A stretch of DNA of 64,000 nt from the human T2T-CHM13v2.0 reference genome, Homo sapiens (GCF_009914755.1 NC_060937.1); one strand, 5' to 3'; shown: positions 1 to 19,634, counted from the stretch's first letter. The notes: generated by a model not told the origin, from the letters alone. Made by a program: numbers and translations.

Positions 1-2357
<2,357 letters not shown>

Positions 2358-2457
2358 TTACACTATCTTAAAGGTTTTAGAAGATTAATTTTTTAAAAAA
2401 GAAAAAATTAATAAAAATACCGTACCATGTAATTACAATTTTCTCTACATATTAAGA

Positions 2458-5081
2458 CCTCTCCCTCTCCCCCTCCCCCTCCCCCTCCCCCTCCCCCTCC
2501 CTCTCCCTCTCCCTCTCCCCACGGTCTCCCTCTCATGCGGAGCCGAAGCTGGACTGTACTGCTGCCATCTCGGCTCACTGCAACCTCCCTGCCTGATTCT
2601 CCTGCCTCAGTCTGCCGAATGCCTGCAATTGCAGGCACGCGCCGCCACGCCTGACTGGTTTTGGTGGAGACGGGGTTTCGCTGTGTTGGCCGGGCCGGTC
2701 TCCAGCCCCTAACCGCGAGTGATCCGCCAACCTCGGCCTCCCGAGGTGCCGGGATTGCAGACGGAGTCTCGTTCACTCAGTGCTCAATGGTGCCCAGGCT
2801 GGAGTGCAGTGGCGTGATCTCGGCTCGCTACAACCTACACCTCCCAGCCGCCTGCCTTGGCCTCCCAAAGTGCCGAGATTGCAGCCTCTGCCCGGCCGCC
2901 ACCCCGTCTGGGAAGTGAGGAGTGTCTCTGCCTGGCCGCCCATCGTCTGGGATGTGAGGAGCCCCTCTGCCTGGCTGCCCAGTCTGGAAAGTGAGGAGCA
3001 TCTCCGCCCGGCCGCCATCCCATCTAGGAAGTGAGGAGCGCCTCTTCCCAGCCGCCATCACATTTAGGAAGTGAGGAGCGTCTCTGCCCGGCCGCCCATC
3101 GTCTGAGATGTGGGGAGCGCCTCTGCCCCGCTGCCCCATCTGGGATGTGAGGAGCGCCTCTGCCCGGCCGAGACCCCGTCTGGGAGGTGAGGAGCGTCTC
3201 TGCCCGGCCGCCCCGTCTGAGAAGTGAGGAGACCCTCTGCCTGGCAACCGCCCGTCTGAGAAGTGAGGAGCCCCTCCGCCCGGCAGCTGCCCCGTCTGAG
3301 AAGTGAGGAGCCTCTCCGCCCGGCAGCCACCCCATCTGGGAAGTGAGGAGCGTCTCCGCCCGGCAGCCACCCCGTCCGGGAGGGAGGTGGGGGGGGTCAG
3401 CCCCCCGCCCGGCCAGCCGCCCCATCCGGGAGGGACGTGGGGGGTCAGCCCCCCCGCCCGGCCAGCCGTGCCGTCCGGGAGGGAGGTGGGGGGGTCAGCC
3501 CCCCGCCCGGCCAGCCGCCCCGTCCCGGAGGGAGGTGGGGGGGTCAGCCCCCCGCATGGCCAGCCGCCCCGTCCGGGAGGGAGGTGGGGGGGTCAGCCCT
3601 CCGCCCGGCCAGCCGCCCCGTCTGGGAGGTGAGGGGCGCCTCTGCCCGGCCGCCCCTACTGGGAAGTGAGGAGCCCCTCAGCCCGGCCAGCCACCCCGTC
3701 CGGGAGGGAGATGGGGGGGTCAGCCCCCCCACCCGGCCAGCCGCCCCGTCCCGGAGGGAGGTGGGGGGGTCAGCCCCCCGCATGGCCAGCCGCCCCGTCC
3801 GGGAGGGAGGTGGGGGGGTCAGCCCTCCGCCCGGCCAGCCGCCCCGTCTGGGAGGTGAGGGGCGCCTCTGCCCGGCCGCCCCTACTGGGAAGTGAGGAGC
3901 CCCTCTGCCCGGCCAGCCGCCCCGTCCGGGAGGGAGGTGGGGGGGTCAGCCCCCCGCCCGGCCAGCCACCCTGTCTGGGAGGGAGGTGGGGGGGGGTCAG
4001 CCCTCCGCCCAGCCAGCCGCCCCGTCTGGGAGGTGAGGGGCGCCTCTGCCCGGCCGCCCCTACTGGGAAGTGAGGAGCCCCTCTGCCCGGCCAGCCGCCC
4101 CATCCGGGAGGGAGGTGGGGGGGTCGGCCCCCCGCCCGGCCAGCCGCCCCGTCCGGGAGGGAGGTGGGGGTGTCGGCCCCCCGCCCGGCCAGCCGCCCCG
4201 TCCGGGAGGGAGGTGGGGGGGTCGGCCCCCCGCCCGGCCAGCCGCCCCGTCCAGGAGGGAGGTGGGGGGGGTCAGCCCCCCTGCCCGGCCAGCCGCCCCG
4301 TCCGGGAGGTGAGGGGCGCCTCTGCCCGGCCGCCCCTACTGGGAAGTGAGGAGCCCCTCTGCCCGGCCAGCCGCCCCGTCCGGGAGGGAGGTGGGGGGAT
4401 CAGCCCCCCGCCCAGCCAGCCGCCCCGTCCGGGAGGGAGGTGGGGGGGGTCAGCCCCCCCGCCCGGCCAGCCACCCCGTCCGGGAGGTGAGGGGCGCCTC
4501 TGCCCGGCCGCCCCTACTGGGAAGTGAGGAGCCCCTCTGCCTGGCCACCACCCCGTCTGGGAGGTGTGCCCAACAGCTCATTGAGAACGGGCCAGGATGA
4601 CAATGGCGGCTTTGTGGAATAGAAAGGCGGGAAAGGTGGGGAAAAGATTGAGAAATCGGATGGTTGCCGTGTCTGTGTAGAAAGAAGTAGACATGGGAGA
4701 CTTTTCATTTTGTTCTGCACTAAGAAAAATTCCTCTGCCTTGGGAATCCTGTTGATCTGTGACCTTACCCCCAACCCTGTGCTCTCTGAAACATGTGCTG
4801 TGTCCACTCAGGGTTAAATGGATTAAGGGCGGTGCAAGATGTGCTTTGTTAAACAGATGCTTGAAGGCAGCATGCTCGTTAAGAGTCATCACCAATCCCT
4901 AATCTCAAGTAATCAGGGACACAAACACTGCGGAAGGCCGCAGGGTCCTCTGCCTAGGAAAACCAGAGACCTTTGTTCACTTGTTTATCTGCTGACCTTC
5001 CCTCCACTATTGTCCCATGACCCTGCCAAATCCCCCTCTGTGAGAAACACCCAAGAATTATCAATAAAAAAATAAATTAAA
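2458..5081 (+). mobile_element. Full-length SVA retrotransposon, SVA_F-like, antisense within PSPC1 intron 1
   Basis: (CCCTCT/CCCCCT)n hexamer 2458-2520, Alu-like domain ~2521-2890, GC-rich VNTR ~2890-4560, SINE-R ~4560-5060, AATAAA 5063-5068 and short A tail. The 3' end AAGAATTATCAATAAAAAAATAAATTAAAA and the Alu-like diagnostics resemble SVA_F. Flanking AAGA at 2454-2457 and 5082-5085. Confidence 0.95.
2890..4560 (+). repeat. SVA VNTR (~40-50 bp GC-rich units)
   Basis: Tandem GCCCGGCCAGCCGCCCCGTCCGGGAGGGAGGTGGGGGGGTCAGCCCCCC and GCCCGGCCGCCCCTACTGGGAAGTGAGGAGCCCCTCT units. Confidence 0.95.
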
Positions 5082-5958
5082 AAGATTTTGTATCGTCCAG
5101 ACAGAGAACCCAATTTTGAAAATCAAAGTTCCAGGCCGGACACAGTGGCTCACCCTGTAATCCCAGCACTTTGGGAGGCCAAGGCGGGAGGATCGTTTGA
5201 GCCCAGGAATTCGAAAGCAACCTGGACAACATGGCGAAACACCGCCTCTACAAAAAATACAAAAATTAGGCAGGCTTGGGGGTGCGTGACTGTAGTCCCC
5301 GTCCCAGCTACTCGGGAGGCTGAGGTGGGAGAACTTCTTGAGCCCAGGAACTGAGATCGCGCCACTGCACTCTAGCCTGGGTGATAGAGCGAGACCCAGT
5401 CTCAAAAAAAAAAAAAAAAAAGGCGTAAACCTTAGCAATTTTTGTTTTGTTTTGAGACGGGATCTCGCTCTGTCGCCCAGGCTGGAGTGCAGTGACGTGA
5501 TCTCAGCTCACTGCAGCCTCTGCCTCAGCCTCCCAAGTAACTGGGACTACAGGCGCGCACCACCACGCCCAGCTAATTTTTGTATTTTTAGTAGAGATGG
5601 AGTTTCGCCATGTTGGCCAGGCTTGTTCAAATTTTTTTTAAATATAAAGGAATCATAATTTTTGCATAAATTATTGGAAAACTTTTCAAAGTTTAGATTA
5701 AAAGAGAGTAAGCTATATTACTCTGATACTGGGATATGTATCAGTAATTTATGAAGTAGTACTGTGTATCAACTATTCTCCCCCCTATAAAAACGTGAAA
5801 CTCTCCAGGATGTTTGGTAGAAAAACACTATATTAGATACATACAATTAAACACTGTCTCATTACTGCAGATTAAACGGTGTTACTTGAGTACAGAGTTT
5901 GGGCACCTAAGCAGTTTGAGGTAAATAGCAGGCTGCACTGAGGTGAGAAATAAAGTGG

Positions 5959-6060
5959 CAGGCCAAGGCAGGAGGATCGCTCGTGCTCAGGAGTTCGAGA
6001 CCAGCCTGGGCAACATAGCGAGACCCCATTTCTATTAAAATAAATAAATTTAATTTAAAA
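5959..6060 (+). mobile_element. 5'-truncated Alu monomer (FLAM-like) with 13-bp TSD
   Basis: AGAAATAAAGTGG at 5946-5958 and 6061-6073 flanks Alu left-arm sequence plus an A-rich tail. Confidence 0.8.
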
Positions 6061-6643
6061 AGAAATAAAGTGGTCTACCCTTAAACGCATATAGGTGTGG
6101 TTGAAGCCAAGGATGGGATGTTAATAATTGTTTAAGAAGCAAGTCTCCTGGACAGACCCTCACGACCAGTGATACGTCTGGTCCGACTTAAGCTTCCTTT
6201 CCAAATGTACATCCAATTCGTTTTTTATGGCACGATTTTTGCCTTGAAGAATTCTCACCCCAAAACGCTGCCCGCCCCTGTCCCCGGACCCTTTCGGTAC
6301 CCGGGGCAACGGGGAACCCGGGAGCGCTCGCTACCTGGACAGGGTGCACCATGCCCGATCCAGCGCAGGGCAGCAGGCCTGCAGCCACCGCAAAGCACGA
6401 TCGGCGCACGGCAGAAAACGGCGGCCACTGTGAGCGCAGGAAATCCCGGGACCGTGAACTCGAAACCAAAGGCGCCGAGCTGGGGAAGCGGCCAACCCCG
6501 CACAGAGGAATCGATGAGGCCGAGCGGCGCCACGGTTGCCACAGGTTGAGACAGCGTCCTAGGACGAGGCTGGCCTCAGCCCCACGACCCCGCGGCCACC
6601 CCGACAGTCCTTTTGTTCCCTCGCGCGGGCGCCTGACACTCAC

Positions 6644-7015
6644 CAAGCGGATGAAGCCGAAGCCACGGTCCCGGTTGATGAAGACTTCGCTGGGCTCGCC
6701 ATAGCGTTCGAAGAGCCTCTTGAAGTCCTCCTCCGTGATGTCGGTGGGCAGATTTCCCACGAAGAGGCGGCAGCGCTGCGTGTACGTCTTCTCGCCCGGC
6801 TTGAGGAAACTCTTGATGTCGATAGTGAACCCCATCTCCTCGTCCGGGTGGTCCTCTGGAGGCGCGGGCGCGGGCGGTGCCGGCTCCCCGGCAAGAGCGA
6901 GCGCCATGGCTGCCGCGGCCGCCGGCTCGCTCTCGCCCACCGCGGACTCCAGGGCGCGAAGGCGGGCCGGGTTTTTCTCAATGCGCACTTGCTTCAGGTT
7001 TCCTCTTAACATCAT
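6644..7015 (-). CDS. PSPC1: Paraspeckle component 1, first coding exon (aa 1-124, start of RRM1)
   Basis: [44 protein letters not shown]...[48 protein letters not shown] is the DBHS-family RRM1 (RNP2 LFVGNL, RNP1 RGFGFI). Phase-0 donor TTG|GTGAGT (plus-strand actcac 6638-6643); 372 nt. Remaining exons lie left of the window. Confidence 0.97.
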
Positions 7016-7194
7016 CTTACTGAGTTCGCCTCGGACACCGGATACAGGCCTAGATTTATAGACAGTGTGTCTATATATATGTATACGTCTCTACATAAAC
7101 CTATGCCAACAAAATATCGACAATCAAGAGACCGCTAGGTAGGCGAGTCGGCAACCCGTCCTCCCCCAACTCACGCCCGCTGCAGCTGCACATT

Positions 7195-7204
7195 CAAAAT
7201 GGCG
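7195..7204 (+). promoter_or_regulatory. YY1 motif near the PSPC1 TSS
   Basis: CAAAATGGCG (minus strand CGCCATTTTG), the typical YY1 site and orientation just downstream of housekeeping TSSs. Confidence 0.7.
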
Positions 7205-7280
7205 CTGCCACAAACTGCAGTTAGAAGAAGAGACGCCGGTGCAAGTCCCACCCCTCCGCCAAAGCCGGCGCCGGAACGAC

Positions 7281-7331
7281 GCGCCTGCGCACTCGCGGCA
7301 CCAACGGACCGTTGACTGACCGCGCATGCGC
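7281..7331. promoter_or_regulatory. NRF1 motifs in the PSPC1 promoter
   Basis: Palindromic GCGCATGCGC 7322-7331 and variant GCGCCTGCGCA 7281-7291; ETS-like CCGGAA at 7271-7276. Confidence 0.75.
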
Positions 7332-7523
7332 ATAACGCTGCGCGTGCAATCGACAAATCTCCTAGGAGGGTGAAGACGTCCTTTCCCATCCTGCTAAAAT
7401 ATCAAAACTGTTGTTGGCTGTACTCTTGGGACAAATTATGTGATGTGTGCAGCAGTGTGTGAAAATACAATGACTTGAGTAAACATCCTTACCCTTTTAG
7501 ATATCAAGCTCAATTTTGTTTTG

Positions 7524-7554
<31 letters not shown>

Positions 7555-8097
7555 GAGACGGAGTCTCCCTCTGTCGCCCAGACTGGAGTGCAATGGCGCG
7601 ATCTCGGCTCACTGCAACCTCCGCCTTCTGGGTTCAAGCAATTCTCCTGCCTCAGCCTCCTGAGTAGCTGAGATTACAGGTGCGCACCACCACGCCTGGC
7701 TAATTTTTTTGTATTTTTAGTAGAGACGGGTTCACCATGTTGGTAAGGCTGGTCTCAAACTCCTGACCTTGTGATCCACCCGCCTCGGACTCCCAAAGTG
7801 TTGGGATTACAGGCGTGAGCCGCCGCGCCCGGCCATATCAAGCTCAATTTTCAATGATTGTGGAAAAATAAAAACTTGCATATTTTGGATGTAGCATTCA
7901 ATAACAAGATACCTCCCAGTAATTTTTAAAAATCTTTATTTCTGTTTCAAGAGCAAGGTTTTTATATTTCCTAGTTAAACAATACAATTCTATAAAATAA
8001 CTGTGCTGTTGATTATTGGCCTCAGAGGACTCCGTGAAATTGCTTATAAAATTAGTATAATCAGGCCATGAGCTCTTATGGGCCATAGTCTTATGAC

Positions 8098-8190
8098 AAG
8101 GGTCAACAAACTTTTTCTGTAAAGGGCCAGATAGCCAGTATTTCAGATTTGGAGGCCACATTCTCTAACAACTACTCAACTCTATGCTCC
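8098..8190 (+). mobile_element. MER58-like hAT-Charlie fragment
   Basis: GGGTCAACAAACTTTTTCTGTAAAGGGCCAGATAG...ACTACTCAACTCT resembles the MER58 5' end. Confidence 0.65.
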
Positions 8191-8234
8191 TGGCACATGG
8201 TGACTCCTTAATGAATGTTGAAAAGAAATGAACT

Positions 8235-9090
8235 CAGTCACTATGCAAAACAGTTCAGCAGTATCTCATGAAGCTTGACATTTGCTTACTTTACAATAGC
8301 AATCCCATTTCTAAGTATTTACCCAAGTGAAATGAAAACTTGTGTTCCCACAAAAATCTGTATGCAAATGTTTACAGGGGCTTTATTTGTCCTCAAAACA
8401 AAAACAAAAGAAACAATTCAAATGTCCTTCCACTGGTGAATGGATAAACAGTGGTACGTCCACATAACAGGATACTACTCAGCAATAAAAAGGAATAAAC
8501 TACTGATACAAGCAACACCATGAACTGATACAAGCAATGCCCTGACTCAAAAGGTTACAAACTGTGTATATAACATTCTGGAAAAGGCAAAACTATTGCT
8601 GCAGAACACAGATTGGTGGTTGCCAGGGACTGGGATGTGGAGGGCAGTTAACCACATGGTAACACTCGGAAGCTTTTGGAATGATGGAACTAAATCTTGA
8701 TTGTGGTGATGACTACACAATTGTATGCTTTTGTCAAAACTAAGTCTAACTGTGCACTAAAAGGGTGAATGTTGGCCGGGCTCAGTGACTCACACCTGTA
8801 ATCCCACCACTTTGGAGGCCAAGGCAGGCGGACCAACTGAGGTCAGGAGTTGGAGACCAGCCTGGCTAACATGGTGAAACCCCGTTTCTCCTAAAATTAC
8901 AAAAAATTAACCAGGCATGTTGGTGCAAGCCTGTAGTCCCAGCTATTCAGGAGGCAGAGGCAGGAGAATCGCTTGAACTCGGAAGGCGGAGGTTGCAGTG
9001 AGCTGAATGGTGCCATTTCACTCCAGCTTGGGCAACAAGAGACAAAAAAAAAGGGTGAATGTTACTGTACTTAAGTTATACTTTGAACAA
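8235..9090 (+). mobile_element. Old L1M 3'-end fragment interrupted by an Alu
   Basis: GCAATCCCATTTCTAAGTATTTACCCAAG...GGTGAATGGATAAAC...TACTACTCAGCAATAAAAAGGAA; the Alu at ~8774-9052 is flanked by the AAAAGGGTGAATGTT duplication. Confidence 0.75.
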
Positions 9091-9157
9091 ACATTTTTTT
9101 AACTACCCAAAAGAATAAAAATAAAACACAATCAACACTAATCTCTATTTACCATAG

Positions 9158-9414
<257 letters not shown>

Positions 9415-10161
9415 TGATCCGCCCGCCTTGGCCTCCGAAAGTGCTGAGATTACAGGCGTGAGCAACCGTGCCCAGCCGTCACCACCCAAATTTGAATCCC
9501 CCAGATTCTAATACACATCCAACTCTGTACAGTCCACAATCTGACCCAGTTTCCCCCATCCCTCCCAGGTGCTCCAAAACCTTCTATTGTACTGAGTCCT
9601 TGGAAATTCACTCTCTGTCATCAGCAAAATCATCTGTCCTTAACTTTTTCTCTGATCACTTTCCTGCTTTAACTGGAACATGGTCTTCCTCTGAGGACTG
9701 CTTCCCCTGCAGCCCTCTCCAGAAGTGGGTGTGTTCTTATCCTACATCTCATGTGTCATAGGACATAGAATAGAAGCTTCTTGATCCCTTTCAACTTCAA
9801 GTCCATTTCCCTTCCTTTCTTTGACAAAAATCCCAACTCCAACAAGGTCATCCCAACTCAAACTCTCACTCTCATGCTCACTAGTCCCTCCCTAGACCAC
9901 ATGTCTCTCCCTGCTCTCCCTGTAATACTATTCTGAACTCTCTTTAAATGCATTACCACAAATAGGCTGGGCACGCTGGCTCATGCCTGTAATCCCAGCA
10001 CTTTGGGAGGCTGAGGCAGGTGGATAACCTGAGGTCAGGAGTTGGAGACCAGCCTGGCCAACATAGTGAAACCCCGTCTCTACTAAAAATACAAAAAAGG
10101 CCGGGTGTGGTGGCTCACGCCTGTAATCCCAGCACTTTGGGAAGCCGAGGCTGGCAGATCA

Positions 10162-10815
<654 letters not shown>

Positions 10816-11434
10816 TCATAGTCAGCAACATCCTCCACTTTGCCAAACCCCATATTCAAATCTCAGCTCTTCCTCCAGTCAACCTTTTAGCAGCATTTGA
10901 CATTTATAGATCTTTGCCTTGGCTTATTCAACTATAAAATGGGCATAATACCTACTTCACAGAGGTATTGTGCATATTAAATGCTTAACTAAGGCTGGGC
11001 TCAGTGGGTCATGCCTGTAATTTCAGCACTTTGGGAGGCCAAGGCAGGCAGATCACTTGAGGTCAGGAGTTCAAGACCAGCCTGGCCAATATGGCGAAAC
11101 CCCATCTCTACTAAAGATACAAAAATTAGCCAGGTGTGGTGGCGGGAGCCTGTAATCCCAGCTGCTCGGGAGGGTGAGGCAGGAGAATCGCTTGAACACT
11201 GGAGGTGGAGGTTGCAGTAAGCCAATATCGCACCACTGCCCTCTAGCCTGGGCTTTGCAGTAGCACTCTGTCTCAAATAAATAAATAAATAAACAAACAA
11301 ATAAATAAATAAATAAATAAATAAATGCTTAATTAAAGTACTTGGCTGGGTGCGGTGGCTCACGCCTGTAATCCCAGCACTTTGGGAGGCCAAGGCAGGC
11401 GGACCACAAGATCAGATCGAGACCATCCTAGCTA

Positions 11435-11737
<303 letters not shown>

Positions 11738-12225
11738 TCACTTGAGGTCAGGAGTTCCAGAGCAGCCTGGCCAACATAGTGACACTTCGTCTCTACTAAA
11801 AATACAAAAATTAGCCGGGAGTGGTGGTAGGCATCTGTAATCCCAGCTAGTCAGGAGGCTGAGGCACAAGAATCCCTCGAACCAGGGAGGCGGAGGATGC
11901 AGTGAGCCAAGATCATGCCACTGTATTCCAGCCTGGGTGACAGAGTGAGACTCCGTCTCAAAATAAATAAATAAATAAATATTAGTCAGTGTTATCATTG
12001 ATCGCTTTCCTGCCCCCTTCTTGAAACTGTTCTGTCATTACTCCTGTCACACTCTTCTGTGTTATTCCTGCCTCACTGGCTACTTCTCAGTCCCTCTGCC
12101 TCTCTCAAGAAACTTGACTCCTGAGAGAGCCAAGAGAACCACAGGCCTCAGCTCTCCTCTCCTCTTCAGCTACACTGATTTCCCAGGTCAGACCTGCACA
12201 CTAGTGTGCCTCAGATGCATTAGAA

Positions 12226-12370
12226 TTGGTTTTCTAAATCTTGACACTATAGAAATTTTGACCAAGTGATTATTTATTGTAAGGGAATGTTGAGCAGCAT
12301 CCCTGGCTTCTACCCACTGGATGCCAGTAGCACCCATTCCCAGTGACAACCCAAAATGTGCCAGGCATTA
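12226..12370 (+). mobile_element. MER20 DNA transposon fragment
   Basis: TTTCTAAATCTTGACACTAT...GCAGCATCCCTGGCTTCTACCCACTGGATGCCAGTAGCACCC...GTGACAACCCAAAATGTG. Confidence 0.7.
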
Positions 12371-13215
12371 TTATTATGATTTTTTCTGAGACGGAGTCTC
12401 ACTCTGTTGCCCAGGCTGGAGTCCAGTGGCACGATCTCAGTTCACTGCAACTCTGTCTCCCAGGTTCAAGTGATTCTCTTGCCTCAGCCTCCTGAATAGC
12501 TGGGATTACAGGCACATGACACCACAGCTGGCTAATTTTTGTATTTTTAGTAGAGACAGGGTTTCACCATGCTGGCCAGGCTGGTCTCAAACTCCTGACC
12601 TCAGGTGATCTGCCTGCCTCGGCCTCCCAAAGTGCTGAGATTACAGGTGTGAGCCACCATACCTGTCCTACTACCACCTTTTACAGATGAAAAAACCTAG
12701 GACAGGCTGGGTGCGGTGGCTCATGCTTGTAATCCCAGCACTTTGGGAGACCGAGGCAGGTGGACCACGAGGTCAGGAGATCGGGACCATCCTGGCTAAC
12801 ATGGTGAAACCCTGTCTCTACTAAAAATACAAAAAAATTAGCTGGGCGTGGTGGCGGGCGCCCATAGTCTCAGCTACCCCGGAGGCTGAGGCAGGAGAAT
12901 GGCACGAGTGAACCCGGGAGGCAGAGCTTGCAGTGAGCTGAGCCAGCACCACTGCACTCCAGCCTGGGCGACAGAGCAAGACTCTGTCTCAAAAAAAAAA
13001 AAGAAAAAAGAAAAAACCTAGGACAAAGAGATGCTAAGTAACTTGCCAAAGATCACACAATTAATACGAAGTTGAAGGCTGGGTGAGGTGGCTCAAGGCC
13101 AGGCGCCTTGGCTCACTCCTGTAATCTCAAAACTTTGGGAGGCTAAGGCTGGGATCATTTGAAGTCAGGAGTTCAAGACCAGCCTGACCAACATGGTGAA
13201 ACCCCGTCTCTACTA

Positions 13216-13486
<271 letters not shown>

Positions 13487-13590
13487 TCATGCCTGTAGTC
13501 CCAGCACTTTGGGAAGCCAAGACAGGTGGATCACTTGAGGCCAGGAGTTCAAGACCAGCTGGCCAACGTGGTGAAACTCCGTCTCTACTA

Positions 13591-13797
<207 letters not shown>

Positions 13798-14893
13798 TTA
13801 ATAATAATAATAAATAATTAAAATAATAAAAACAGAAGCCAGGAAATGTGGCTCTAAAATCACTAGTCTCACCTCTGTTATGAGGCTATAGAAAATAAAA
13901 TAGGCCAGGCGCAGTGGCTCATGCCTGTAATCCCAGCACTTTGGGAGGCTGAGATGGGTGGATCATCTGAGGTCGGGAGTTTGAGACCAGCCTGACCAAC
14001 ATGGAGAAACCCCGTCTCTACTAATAAACTACAAAATAAGCCGGGCATGGTGTCGGGCACCTGTAATCCCAGCCAAGGCAGGAGAATTGCCTGGACCTGA
14101 AAGGCAGAGATTGCGGGGAGCCAAGATCGTGCCATTGCACTCCAGCCTGGGCAACAAAAGCAAAACTCCGTCTCAAAAAATAATAATAATAAATAAATAA
14201 AATAAAATCAGTAGTCAAAGTTGCCCCCTAGTTACTTTACATGTATACCTGGATGCCGAGCATCTCAAATGTAAAGTGTCCAGACCAAGACTGTGGGTGA
14301 TCTCTTCACAGACCTTTCTGGACCCAGTCCTTACCATTTCATGAATGGCACTGCTATTCATCCACATCTTCAAACCATCAAACTAGAGGTCTTACTTTAC
14401 TCCTTTTTTTTTTTTTTTTTTTTTTTTTGAGACAGAGTCTCGCTCTGTCGCCCAGGCTGGAGTGCAGTGGTGCGATCTCAGCTCACTGTAAGCTCCGCCT
14501 CCCAGGTTCATGCCATTCTCCTGCCTCAGCCTCCTGAGCAGCTGGGACTACAGGCGCCCGCCACCACACCCGGCTAATTTTTTTTTATATTTTTAGTAGA
14601 GACGGGGTTTCACCATGTTAGCCAGGATGGTCTCAATCTCCTGACCTTGTGATCCGCCTGCCTCGGCCTCCCAAAGTGCTGGGATTACAGGCTTGAACCA
14701 CCGCGCCCAGCCTACTCCTTTTCTTACTACAGCAACAATATCCAATCAGCAAATCCTGTTGGCTCTACTTTCAAAATATATCCTGAACACATTCTAAGCC
14801 AACTCATCATCATCTAATAACTACTAGCCATTAACTGATAACTACTGAAGTACTCTCCTAATTATCTTCTTGCTTCCCCTCCTGCTCTGCTAA

Positions 14894-15430
<537 letters not shown>

Positions 15431-15433
15431 TGA

Positions 15434-15673
<240 letters not shown>

Positions 15674-16074
15674 TAGAGATGTGGTTTCACCAGTTGGCCA
15701 GGCTGGTCTCAAACTCCTGACATCGTGATCCAACCACCTTGGCCTCCCAAAGTGCTGGAATTACAGGCTTGAGCCACTGCGCCCGGCCTTGTGATGTTGT
15801 CTTTACATGTTGCCCAGGCTGGTCTCAAACTCCTAGGCTCAAGCAATCCTCCCACCTCGGCCTCCCAAAAGTGCTGGAATTGCAGGCACAAGCCACTGCA
15901 CCCAGCTCAGAGATGTATTTTAAATTTAAGTCACACTTTTGCTTTCGGGAAGATCTTGTCAAGACATAATGAGAAAACTGCTTGCTAAAACTACCAAAAA
16001 ATGCTGGAAAAACTAGAAAAATAAATCCTTTACATGCAGAGCTAAATTCCCAAAAGAATAAGAGAAATACACCC

Positions 16075-18510
<2,436 letters not shown>

Positions 18511-19634
18511 AGTTGTTGTTTTTTTTTTCTTCAGAGTCTTGCTCTGTCATCCAGGCTAGAGTGCAGTGGCACAATCTCAACTCACTGCAACTTCTGCCTC
18601 CTGGGTTTAAGTAAGTCTCTGACTCAGCTTCCTGAGTAGCTGGGACTACAGGCATGAGCCACCATGCTTGGCTAATTTTTGTATTTTTAGTAGAGACAGG
18701 GTTTCTCCATGTTGGTCAGGTTGGTCTCAAACTCCTGACCTTGGGTGATCTGCCTGCCTCGGCCTCCCAAAGTGCTGGGATTACAGGTGTGAGCCACTGC
18801 ACCTGGCCAATTTTTTTTTTTTTTTTTTTTTTTTAATTAGCAGGCACAGTGGCATGTACCTGTAGTCCTAGCTACTAAGGAGGCTGAGGTGGGAGGATAG
18901 CTTGAGCCCAGGAGGTCCAGGCTGCAGTCAACTAGGATTGCGTGACAGCACTCTGGCTTGAATGACAGAGAAAGACCCAGGGAAAAATGTGTGTTTGCTT
19001 GGGGGAACTCAGCATAACCCGTTTGTCCAGATTCTTTGTGTCTTTGTGTAGCATTCCCTCAGGCAGGACCCATGTCACATAAGGGTCTATGACCTACTTT
19101 CAGAAGAAGTAAGTCAGAGAGTAATCTTTCTCAATTTCATGGCTTGCTTTAGGGGAGAAGTAGTGGGGTCGGGCAGTGGGGAGGTAGGCAAGTGGGAGGA
19201 TAGAGAGGGCGGGAGAAGGTCAGAGAGAGAGAGAGACCATCTGGCTTCTGAGGCACTCCTGCCTCCTTCAGCTAAAAAACAACCAGAATGCCAATGTGCC
19301 ATACTTAGGGGTATTGTGTTATGAGCCCCAGTAACTGCTTTTGTCTCTGGCAAAACAAAACAAAATACTCTATAGGGAAATGCAGCAGATTCCTTCCAAG
19401 TTTAAGATATGTATTCTGTGAAAGAAAAAATTATGACTGGTGATTAAAAAATGAATGCAGAGGCTGGGCGCGGTGGTTCACTCCTGTAATCCCAGCACTT
19501 TGGGAGGCCGAGGCGAGCAGATCACAAGGTCAGGAGTTCGAGACCAGCTGGACCAACATGGAGAAACTCCATCTCTACTAAAAATACAAAATTAGCTGGG
19601 CGTGGTGGCGCATGCCTGCAATCCCAGCTACTCA

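Larger units (their letters stand above)
6160..7380. promoter_or_regulatory. CpG island covering the PSPC1 promoter and exon 1
   Basis: High GC and dense CpG against AT-rich, CpG-depleted flanks; free of repeats; spans the start codon. Confidence 0.9.

Noticed and set aside
2890-4560. CRISPR-like repeat array
   Set aside because: Contiguous VNTR units with no unique spacers, in a human SVA context with no cas genes.
2408-5075. Many overlapping 80-211 aa Pro/Gly/Arg-rich ORFs
   Set aside because: Translations of the stop-poor SVA VNTR and SINE-R.
6188-6643. Extension of the PSPC1 ORF to 275 aa
   Set aside because: Similarity to the RRM stops at a consensus GTGAGT donor; the rest is GC-rich intron where stop codons are naturally rare.
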